A stretch of 64,000 nucleotides of DNA, from positions 186,001 to 250,000 of the forward strand of contig KZ538008.1 of the NCBI GenBank assembly GCA_000934665.2, read 5' to 3'. Of this stretch, positions 51,101-63,100 are shown one piece after another. The position numbers and the translations under genes were made by a program. The notes under the pieces are model-generated. The model was given only the letters and a program-made list of their open reading frames with translations, was not told the origin of the DNA and did not search any database. Source of the DNA: Catajapyx aquilonaris. Taxonomy: Eukaryota. The stretch's first letter is position 1, and every line of letters begins with the position of its first letter.

Positions 51101-54100
51101 TCTCGTGTTTTTTCAACAAAATCCTAGTGACGTCAGATTTTTATCCGGCAGATAAAACATCTTGGAGCGGAATAAACGATAAGGCGGGAGCCGACGAAAC
51201 TCAAAATTATCCTGACGTCTTTTTCGGTGTGGAATCCAATAACTTCCTCCAGCTGGTTTTGCCATTGTAATTAGGAACTTTCATGGTGCTTAATGCTGTT
51301 ATGTCCTTCCTCCTCAATAATTAACTCCCAACAAACTGAATCAGCAGAAAGTGCAACTAATCCTCGGCGGAGGATGAAACAAGTTTCGATTCTGTACTCT
51401 GGGATCCGAGGACGCTAACTCGCAGAAAAGCTTTTCTTTTTTCTCTCTATTTTTCAGTAATATATAGCTAGCATGTCATTTTAGTCGAATCTCATAGCAT
51501 GCGACACTGTAGAATAACGGTCTTCAAACCAAGCGGCCTTGGACACAAGTTATCATTGGCAAAAATACATTTTCTGGCAGCTACTGGTAAAATGGCTGAA
51601 TCACGTCGGGCCTGCCTGTTTTCTGCCCTTTCTACTGTAAGGCCTAAAGGTCCTGTGTAATCCAGGGCAATTTTACCATCTGTCAGTATGAATTGCTCAA
51701 CATACAATCATATGCAACAATGTAGAATTGTCCACCAGGCCTGGATGGTTTGAAGACCACTAGAGTAATACTTCCCATATATCATTTAGGACCCTAGTTA
51801 CAAGTATTACCCTCCGAGTCATAGCGAAACGAGGCACTTGAATGTCTCGTATTTTCGAAGCCAATTTGAAGTGCAGAGAGAGACTAATGGGCTCTTTCGC
51901 ACTTTATGCTCGTTGTTGGCGTGACTCGTCTCAGCCCTTCATCAAAGGCCCTTCTCTTTTGCTCTTGGTGATGACTTGGAGAGCAGCCATTGTGCCAACT
52001 TTGATGAGCTGAGAGGGCACTCTCAGAACGAGTGGCACCCTCTTGAGAGTCGCACTGTGCGTACGCCCGCAAGCACCGTGCATTTTGTCTATGTGCAAGC
52101 GGTGGCAAGTGGCCGAATGGGACCCATTCAGGGTCCAGTGGAGCGGATTTGGTGCCGTGTGCAGTCATGTGTGTCTCTTTGATCCTTCCAATCTATTTCA
52201 ACTTGTTCCGCTTCGCCTCGTTGCTGGGAGGGGAGCTCTCAGGTTCTTGTCGCGGGGGTATGTTATATTCTAATTGGTAGTAGAGCTGGTTGAAAACTGG
52301 GAGAAATTTTGTTGCCTCACGGGATATGTAAACTGTAATCATTCGGCGTGTGGGCGTACTCTCAGGTCCACAATTTACAAAAGCGCTGAGGTGCATTAAG
52401 GGGCAGATATTAATAGCACGTATCTCCAAGGTATGGGAAAAGGTCATAGAGAGGGCATTCACTGTGATATCTGATCCTGGAGAATCTACGACTCGGGATA
52501 TACGTGTTGTCCCCTTGAACAATACATGAGTCTCAGCGATCGATTGTTCAATTTTTTAGTGAGGCCCAAAAATTCAATACTGCATTTTGTCAACATAACA
52601 AAAGTGAAATCGTGTCAGTATCGGTACAGTTGGTCTCTATACCCGAATAATGATCTACCGTGCAGTACGGCGCCTGTAAATCGTAGAATTAATATTGTTG
52701 TCACAGAGCCTTGAGGCCTCGCCATATGCTCCGCACTTTGCCTGAAAGTTCGTTTGTTATCCCACGGCGCCAAAAATTCCGCATGTGCAATTCTGCAGAA
52801 TTTACTACACCCATCCACGTTTGATCAATTTTGTAATACTTCCCCGAGGTAAGCTTCGTAGTGGGAGCAGGCGGGGAGGAAATTCCATCGGAAGAGGCTT
52901 TTTTTCATGCCTGCTAGGCGAAGCACACGGTATTAGATCCATCCTTCACTCGAGCCAATAAGGAAAAGGTGGCTAATCAAAATGACATTGTAGCAGTCTA
53001 GTGTTCACTTGCACATCCTACACTTCGGCCTGCAGTACTTACAGGAATTTTTGGAGTTAAGCGAGGAAGCTGAGAAACCGGACCTCCTGAAGGCGTCCAT
53101 GGCGTCGTTGAGAAACGGGGCGGCCACCGGTAAAGGGGCGGCAGGAGGGAGCACACCTAGCCTCAGAGCGGGTCCTATTTGGACGGCGGATCTCAAAGTC
53201 AGATTCAATGTAGGTAAAACGAGATGGATGCTTTTCGGTTGATGAATGTGAGGTTTCCGTTTGTTTCAGAGCGATCCTGTGCAGCTCAAACCGCTGCCTG
53301 TCCAAGGTAGCATTGACCTCAACAACAAAGCCCTTACAGTTCTGGAAACAGTGAGTAGCCGCATGTTGTTGTAGTTCTCAAACCCCCAAGCACAATCACT
53401 GCCACAGATACTCCACCTTCGAATAACACCATTATCATAATTATCTCGTATTAAATATTCGGAAATATTTTTTCAACATCAATGTCAATGTGCGCTTCAT
53501 TGCTTGGCGCTTTGATCCCAACCTTGTAAAGCATATTGTATGGTCATTTAAATACTTAATTGCAGTGTTCATTATGCGAATAATGCAGTACAGCATGCAT
53601 AACAGTTATTATCATGTTCTAATTGCAGGGCAGCAATTTTTGTTAACGTGCGTCTACAGCAGTCAATTTCCCCCTGGGCATTTAAAAAAAATCGACTATT
53701 CACATCATGTTACAAAGCGTACTTTATTATACCCTCGAGAGCTTCACAGGCCGGCCCTTGAGGGTTCACCGGAGTGGCCATTCATTGGTACTAAAAAATC
53801 TGGTGTATCCCGTTAGTTTTAACGATCCTCAGGGCAATTCAGGCATAAGTTAGAGCACTTACAGTAACTTATTTTCAAGTATCATTGATATGGTTCACTG
53901 TAAGATCATATAGTGTGGAATACATCAGGACAAGCAAAATGAAAATTGTAAAAATTCTATGCTAGGGAGTGGATTTCTGAATTTATTTAATGAGAATGGC
54001 GAGAGAGTTGGCAGGATTTTCACGGATAAGGAAGTGTGAATGGACGCGCATGAGCAGACAGGTTCGTGCATGCTCACACAAGTCAAGACACACTGCTCAT

Positions 54101-57100
54101 GTGTCGACACCCTACGTTTGCTTACGTCCCCCGTAAGGACCGTAAATTCTAACTGCAGATTTCCTTATCAGTTGCACAGCCTGCGCCATGAGAACGTGGC
54201 GGCCTTTCTGGGTTGCCTAGTAGAAGGCCCTCAACCGGCCCTGGTCCTTGAACTCTGCGCACGTGGTAGCCTCGAGGATGTCCTGGCCGAGGAAGACATC
54301 CGGCTGGATTGGGCCTTCCGCCTGTCCCTGCTGACTGATCTCGTCAGGGTGAGTTCTTGTCTTGTTGACTCCCGAAATTCTCATATTTGCTCGACTTTAA
54401 GCCCGACGCTTAAGCGTGACGTACGAGACGGGCTCTCCGAGAACACGGGGTCCCCGCAAATATTGACGAAGCGAGAGTTTCTAAACTGATGTCCCTCCAA
54501 GCTAAATGACTCTCTGGTGGGTTTCCTTTCCCTTCAGGGGATGAGATACCTTCACTCTTCGCCTGTGCGGGTCCACGGCAATCTCACTTCTAGGAACTGC
54601 GTCATAGACTCGAGATGGGTACTGAAGATCACCGACTTCGGCCTCCCGAGTTTCCATTCTGCTCAGGGCCTGCATCTGCCACCAAAGAACCCCCGAGGTT
54701 TGCCACCATTATTTCCATGCTAATATTACAGGCGGCTCGGCGCGGCTCAAAGTACGCCGGCTACAACGAAAATTTGAACAGGAAAACTTGTCGGCTAATT
54801 GGCCTTTGCTGATAAAATACGAAAGTTCCTTGTATTCCCCGTGTTGTTCTCTTGGGCTATTTATGCACACTGCTCGATAAAAATGCACAGTTTCTCTAAT
54901 ATTTATGCGAACTTGTAATAAACCTTGAAACGTATTACATAAAAATAACTACAGTAAGGCACAGGGTCGTTCTCATGTAATGATTTTCTTACTACTGTCG
55001 CGCCTGCATTTTAATACTGGACTCTATGTAACACTGCGGGCAGTTTTGCTTGAGTGTTCTGTGGCCACTACATTTCATACCATGTATTTTAACAAATCAT
55101 AATTTTATGATGCAGATTCATTATGGACGGCACCAGAGCTCCTACGCGATGAAGAACTAGCCCGTCGAGGAACCCAGCCTGGTGACGTATATTCATTCGC
55201 CATCATAATGCAGGAAGTTCTGGTACGAGGACCTCCTTTCGGAATGCTGTCGCTCACTCCAGAAGGTCCGTCAATCTCACTCTTATTTTAGACAAAAAAA
55301 AAGTCGATCAGATAATTACTTGTCAGTTCCCTAACCTGATCGATTCCGTCACTTCTCTTTCAAAAAAAAACCCTCGATAGAGATTTTGGAGAAAATCAAG
55401 AGGCCTCCTCCATTGATTCGTCCGTCGGTGAGTAAAGGCGCGGCTCCTCCAGAAGCAATCAACATCATGAGGCAATGTTGGGCGGAATTGGCCGACATGC
55501 GACCGGATTTCCACGCAATTCACGACCTCTTCAAGACGCTCAATCACGGCAGGTCAGTCCCAGATTAAGACGTCTCATTAGACCGGGATCGTACTTTAAT
55601 CGAGGCTGTTTTGGAACGGAATCGACAGGAAGACGAATATTGTCGATACGATGTTCCGGATGTTGGAGAAATATTCGACTAACCTGGAGGAGCTTATACG
55701 GGAGAGGACAGAACAGCTTGATTTGGAGAAGAAGAAGACGGAGCAGTTGCTGAATCGGATGCTTCCAAGGTGAGAGATTTGACATCTGCGGCCACATTCA
55801 ATATTTTCTGAGCAGGGTTAGGGTCGGGCTGTGCGAGAAGTTCCATATCGCAAATCGATACTGCATAAATATCGTGTCGAATGAGGCAGACGAAATATCA
55901 CGCTCGATAAGTATCGCATATCGATATTGGATATATCGGTATGTATTTTGGGAATATATTGCTTCTGTGATTTGATTAAAATATCGCACTTTCTATAGAA
56001 CTAAAAATTGCACTGTACCCTGTACAGTAACGTGAGTTAAAACTTAGCAAAATCAAAGGTACAGCTCCAATGCAACTCAAAGTAAAAAATGATGTAAGCT
56101 AGGGGTGTTTCAATGCGTCATAGGTGAGCATGGTTCCGAAGTTTTAAGCCAGCGCTTTGAGGCAATTTAACCGGTTTTTTTCTATTAGAGGCTTTACACA
56201 CCCACATGCATTGGAAGTTTGGAACTACAGAAAGTTGGGCTTAGCGTTACCATCCAGGGTCAAATGTTTTTTCAACTGCTTCATTTTGATAAACTACATA
56301 TCCCCCCTTTTTTGTGCAAAAAAGATTAGCTTTTTATCGTCTTGTTAATCCCAGCCACATCCTATCAAACACCGCTTCCACATCTGCCGCAACAATCCAC
56401 AAAAAACTGCTCATTATCGTCCATTTTTTCTCCATCACAGCATGGTGGCCGAGAAACTCAAACTGGGTCTCCCAGTGGACCCTGAAGATTTCAGCGAGGT
56501 GACCATATACTTCTCCGATATAGTAGGTTTCACCACCATTTCCGCCCACTCCACTCCCTTCGAAGTGGTCGATTTGCTCAACGACTTGTACACCTGTTTC
56601 GACGCCACCATCAATGCTTACGAAGTGTACAAGGTGAGTTTGCTTCATACCGCTCGAATGATTACGATCCAAACTCGACCCTTATTGAGCCTTAATGCAA
56701 TTGACGCAGCCAAGTGATTATGATGATTTTGTCCCGGTTATTCGCCAGACCCCATAGTCAATTAATCAATGTGCATTATGGTTAGCTTTGCAGGAAAGGG
56801 TGGTGAGCTGCATGGGGGATGGATGGGGGTAGTGGGGGACTCTGTTGTGCGGTTGAGGGATGCAGGACTTTGCGCCAGTCGGGGTCTATCCGATCAATTT
56901 TATGTTGACCAGGGTTCATATTAAACGAGGGGTAGGCCTAGGGCTGCATACGAGGGCAGCTCGTACAGTGCATGGCTGATCAACATTTGGCAAAAAAAAA
57001 TACGTGAATATGTGCTATACATCCCAGATATGTACATATTGAGAGAAGAAATATTATGATTATTTTACCAGTAGTGCTATTTTTTTCTACTAGTTCAATT

Positions 57101-60100
57101 TGCATTATATGGGGGGTTGTATAAAAGTGAACTGTATGGAGGTACCGGAGGAAGGGACACGTACCACTTACTGTAACTTCGGGTCATGATTACCCTGCAG
57201 AATGTACAAAAAGGTGTTCCCAATTTATTCAGTCTTTATTCGAAATCTGATACCATATTGCATTTGGACGTGTTAAATATGTAACTGCATCGCATGCGAG
57301 GGGGAAACAACGTCATGTATCCAATTTGTGTAAATCCGGATTATTATCATGCAGATCCTCTATAACTCCTCCATAAATCCACATAAATTCGATATGCACT
57401 TTACCAAGAAGTTATTTCCCTCTGGATCTTAAGTTGAGGTTCCAGCAGTGTGGATACTCCGCGCCTAAAATGTATAAGAAGCTTGCTGCAGAATTTCTAA
57501 GGGGAGTGAGTATATGTCGAAACGGCATCCTTTAAGCGAAAGGGGCTTGTAGCTCTCTTGCAATGTCGAGGGGCAAGTGTGCGTTAGTCGATGTGCCTGG
57601 AATATACTTTTAGCCCAAGCATATTCTCTGGAGTATTCAAGGAAAGCGGCGGTGGCCATAACACCGTGCAATACAAGTCGTGAAAACCAAAGGGTCGACT
57701 CGCTTCTAAAATATTGTCCGGCTTGAAAAAAACCTTTTTTGCATAATTAGGATAACTTTCCCTCCAACAGAAGGGCATTCCACATGTGGAAAATTAGCAT
57801 TCAAGCTGAAAAGGCCACGTGCATCCCTGGTTTTAGCAGATAGTTATTATATCATGCGGTCTGCAATAATTCCGCATTGAAGCATTCAAGGATTAATTAT
57901 TTTGATGTCGACCAATAGTTCTGCGGCACAAATATTTACTTATAATAACAGTGCTACCTGCAGGCATGCAAAATCCATTTACATTGTGTGTGTATAACAT
58001 TATATCCTAGTTATTGAATGATTAAATACCATAAATCCGGCACGGTTATGGATTACAAAAAGTACGTTCGTCCTATACACTGTAGCTGATGCTGTGTGAC
58101 CTATACAGTGTTATGCTGTCATAAAAAATTCCCTTCATTAAAATCATTACTTTCTAAGTTTATAATACACTATAATATTACATGTGCTCGAAAAATGTGC
58201 GCAGTTACACCGTGAGAATAACAACACCCGCATAACCTATACGTGAATATTTTAAAACTACTTTTTAAATCACAAATTGAATATAAATACGAGGGCCGTA
58301 CTAAAATGATTTACAATTAATTTTTTTGCCACAAATACGGTGCCCGCACATTCCGGCAGATATCACGTATTATACATAGAATCCTCATGGAGCCGAATGC
58401 ACAGGTGTCATGGGTGTGACACCTCTCCGTGCCCTCCAGGAACAATTTTTTGGAGGTTCGTCGCACCCTCTCCCGGACAACTGCTTATATAGTCAACAAT
58501 GTCCTCGAAATTGCATCAATCTAAGGAGTTTTTTTCCCCCATGAATCTGAACAGGTGAAAGTCACTGGGGGCCAAGCCGGGTGAGTGCAGCGGGTGTGGA
58601 AGCACCCAATCCCAGATCCATGGAAAAAAAAAACTTCGCCGACTCCATTTCGAGGACACTGTTGACAGATTTGTTTACGTTGTTGATTGTGCACAGTTGT
58701 CCGGTAATGGGTGCGTCGCACCTCCAAAAAGTGGTTCCTGGGGGGCCTGGAGAGGTTGACACACCTGTGGTGGTAGTGCATTCGGCTCCAGGAGCTATAA
58801 TGTGTGACTATCTGCCGACATGTACGGGGACTGTATTTGTAGCAAAAATAAATAAATTGTAAATCATTTTAGTACGGCCCTCGTAGTATGGAATCTTTTT
58901 TTTCCGATGTAAATAAAGTCTCCAGTATCCAATATCTGCATCAAACTTCATCGCTCTATTTGTCCTCTATATGCTTTCAGGTTGAAACTATCGGAGACGC
59001 GTACATGGTGGTAGGCGGTGTCCCCGTGCGAACTCCAGACCACGCGCAGCAAATAGCCACAATGGCATTGGATCTGCTTCACGAGGCCGGAAAATTCCGG
59101 ATAAGTCACCTGCCCTACTGCCCTCTGTGGCTACGTATCGGGATTCACACAGGTTAGTCCACTGTTTATGCTCTCACCGGCACAAAGGGATCGTTCCGCA
59201 GTGTAAAGCTAGAAAGTTATTTACACTTTTATGCGCACAGGTCCCTGCTGCGCGGGTGTGGTCGGACTCACCATGCCAAGGTACTGCCTATTTGGGGACA
59301 CTGTCAACACTGCTGCAAGAATGGAATCAACCGGTGAGTTGCATCTAAAATGAATGACATATATAGTTTCTAATTAAAAATAAATAAAAAGGCAAACAAT
59401 ATTTGAAAGAATGCAATTCGATCCAATGTGTATGACAACTTACTTACTATTACTCACATATTTTTCAGCAAACTTATGCACTTCACTTGGTTAGATTCAC
59501 AGTGGCATGTAATCCGAACAGTACATAACAAAGCTCTAAGTGGTATCACTCTGTGTATCCGTCTTGTCTGCAACTGAACAATAAAAACATTCAGGAGTAT
59601 TCTTGACTTTCGCCCGAGTTTGTTAGGGAAAAAAAAAGTTTGCAATTGAGGACGCGGAACCATCGGGGTGCAAAAAGAGATGGAGATAAAAAAAACTAGG
59701 TTCCCATAACTTCGAATAAAAGATCTCTCAGTGGATCTCAAGTTGGCAAATAGAGATTTCTGCTCGGCGGAACTGCACAAGTTTCTCAATGACCGTAACT
59801 TTTTTTCAATCGTTTGAGTCTGCTGGAACTTGGACTAGTGTAACCCATGGCCCACTTCGTGTCATCCTTGAATGATGATAATTAAGCTTTAATTTCTGGG
59901 CTAAGGTGCAAATACTCGGATATAAATCGATTATTCTGGATGTAGAACTGCGCACAAAGCAATACCACTAACCAGCATTTGTAAAACCAAGTACAGCGTA
60001 AATAATGAGGTTGAAATTTAATTAAAAACTGCTGGTAGAAGAATTCAGCACAAAACGATGCAAAAACTGTGGTGTAAAATTCAATATTTAACATAAGGGT

Positions 60101-63100
60101 TACATGCGTTATACCAAAGTAATGACCTACTGCTATGCTGTTACTACCTAGTTGTGGGTGAAATAATCCGAGTCCTTGATAAGAGCTGCAACATTATTTT
60201 GTCAACATTTCCATACTTTCAATCCTGCACTCTGTATACACTCACCTGCATAGCACAAAGCTAATGATCTGTAAGTAATGAAGCAGAGTGATAGACACCA
60301 CATGCCAATCACTACCATTGGACTATTCCTCCGGGACCATACTTTCCCGCTAAATTACCTCATCATTACTCAATTTTTAATGGAAAAAAGCAGCGGTGTT
60401 TCGCGCGTAATCAGCACTGGTTCTCGCCTCATTTTTCACCAGCCTGTGACACCTGTGATGTAAGCTTCCCAGCCATGAAAACACCGACGTCGATGGATGA
60501 ACTTCCCACCATATCCCACCCACCTTTTAATATCCCAGAGAGTTCATTTCGTCCCAAAAACACCAAAGCCACTAAATCTGGGGGAAACCATTTCTGAAAA
60601 GTCACACACTGACAAAAATTCACCCAGACAGATGAACCTGACCAAATCTACATGGTATATAAAATTTTCAAAACCAAAAATGTTCCCAAATTTTTAGGCT
60701 CAGCTTGGCGAATCCACGTATCTCCAGCCACCAAGGCGAAACTGGAAGCGTCCGGAGAGTTCCGTCTGGAATATCGAGGAGAGACTGAACTTCGTGGCAA
60801 AGGTCGTCTTCCCACATATTGGCTCCTGGGAAAAGAAGGCTTCCACAAGGATCTTCCCGTGCCGCCCGAGTTGGGGTACACACTTTTTCAATTTAGTTTG
60901 CGCCTTGTTGTCTTTGCTGAGCGATCTTCCGTTCATATCATAACGAGGAGACAGGGATTTTATCGGGAGAGGAAATCGATATATACTACTAACGAAGGTA
61001 AATATTTATACGGCCCCTTAGTTCTCAGACGGATCTCCTAACGTGTTAAGTGCTGTGGAAGTTCAGGAACTTCCGCTCAAGTAATCAATTTTATAATCCT
61101 GGCAGCATTGCATGTAAGAGCTTTGTTCATGGCTGATCCATCAACACCAATTACAGTACAGGGTTTCGTGCTTTGTGTTTCGCCTAATAGATATAAGATA
61201 TGCCTTGTGGGCATCAAAGCGCTTGCTGGTGTGTGCTTTTTCTGTTCAATGTGTAAGCGTCGCTAATTCATTCCGTTTTTTTCCTCGCTTCAGAGAGAAT
61301 AATCATGGGTAAGTTGCTAGTTTGCGTTTAGCACAAGAGTACAGTATCAAGCAGAATGTCCAACAGAAATTCAGGTTTATTTAACAGCAGGTGGAAACAT
61401 TCTGCTTGATGCTGCTTTTGCTATTTTAAACGTTTGTAAATATTGCTGATACATTAGTGGTAACTGGCCCCGTTACTATTATTACAAGGTAGCAGTGTAC
61501 ATTGAACTGTACGCAGGTCATATGGAAACACAAATATTGATATGTTAAATGTTAAGTATTTTGTCAACATACGTTGTTTAGAAAAATCGCCATATGTAAA
61601 GAGGCCCAACAAACTGAGCTAAACAAGTTGGTATTTTCACTTTCCAGCAAAGGTGCAAAACCATTTTTGAGACAAAATATTTCGGTAGATCTAATCATGA
61701 GCTTATCCATCACTGATGCGAGAAAGTATCAGCTGGATCCATAATACCATACAGGCGTTGTAAAAATAGAGTAATCAAGCACCAATCTACGGCTAGAAAT
61801 AGAGCGCTCAAATGTTCGTTCTACCGCGTGTCACATCATATACAAAAATAATAGCAGTTAAGTCAATTAACAAGACAGATATATCCGGTGATATCACGTG
61901 AAAGGGGCATTACCACCCACGCATCTCGGATGGTCTCACAACAGCCTTTGATCCAATCATCCAAGTGGAAAAGACGTTACCCTCGGTCCTGATGAAGATA
62001 TCCGCCGACGGCAACGATATTAATCTTCGCGGACCTCAGGGACTCCCTTGTGTACAGCATCACATAAATCTTGGTGCTTTATTTTCCCGCGGAAAACGGA
62101 TTTCGTTGTGTTTTCATTTCTCATCCAGAAGATTCAATCCAAAGCTGTGAAATTTATATTCACTACTAGCTGTTCAACTTAATAGGCTTTTAATGAATAA
62201 ATGTGGTGGACATAAGTTCTCCAGGATCTTCCTCAGCATGGGCTTACTGTGGAAAAATACAATCGGACGTTCTTCCCTGAAGTCACTTTCACCCACACTC
62301 AAATAGGACAGCGCAATAACAGTAGTGAAGCCTGCCTAAAGCGGACCCTGAATATAGCGGAAACTTGTTACTGCGGAAACGATTCCGCTACATGCATGCG
62401 GTAAATGCATCTTCAGTTTGTCACGTATAAATTTGCAATTTCAATCATATTTGCTGCAATTTATTAACTGTACAGCATAGTTCAATTTAGGGGATATGAC
62501 AATGCAAAGCGTAGCGGCATTATAGCCTATACTACTACACCATAAAGCTGATGTGCTGAGTGGCTTTAGGGATCACTGCGTTATAGAGTGCGCTCTTATT
62601 ATGCAACATGCATATTACGGGGAAATCTGACTAACCGTAAGTTACTTGTAGTTTCGGTTTTAATGCGTAAAGTTAGACAAAGTCAAGCTACCTTTTGTCT
62701 CGCATACTCAAGTTACGTAACTCTCATCGTAACTTTCTAAATTATGTCATTACTGTGCCGCGTATCATTCCTCAACTGAATGAGTACGGTACTAACATAA
62801 ACACAGTCCTGAAAGTTACCAAAAGCAAACATATAGGACCGTGATTTTTTATGCGGAAATAAAAATAAAAAGTTTGGTAGATGGCTATATAGCACGCCTC
62901 CATTAGCATGATTCTCATGGAATAACGATTAGTCAATTTGGATGGTCTCTTGTAAACAGGGTTAATGAAGTAAGCTCGTTTCATGTTACATTACTGTATA
63001 CTCGACTGAATTATTTGTCCGCCTGCAAGTTACATTTCCGGTGCTACATGGATGCAGTTGCATACTAACCAGGATAATACCCGGTTTAAAACCCATTTCT

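Noticed and set aside
52799..52848. Extra cyclase exon before the GAG|GTAAGC donor
   Set aside because: 50 nt long, so it would break the frame between exons 7 and 8, which already join in phase 0.
56798..56838. Intronic G-quadruplex
   Set aside because: Needs a 13-nt loop; no supporting evidence of function.
56949..56965. TACGAG-GGCAG-CTCGTA as a collapsed copy or footprint of the 58.3-kb MITE
   Set aside because: Too short to distinguish from chance.
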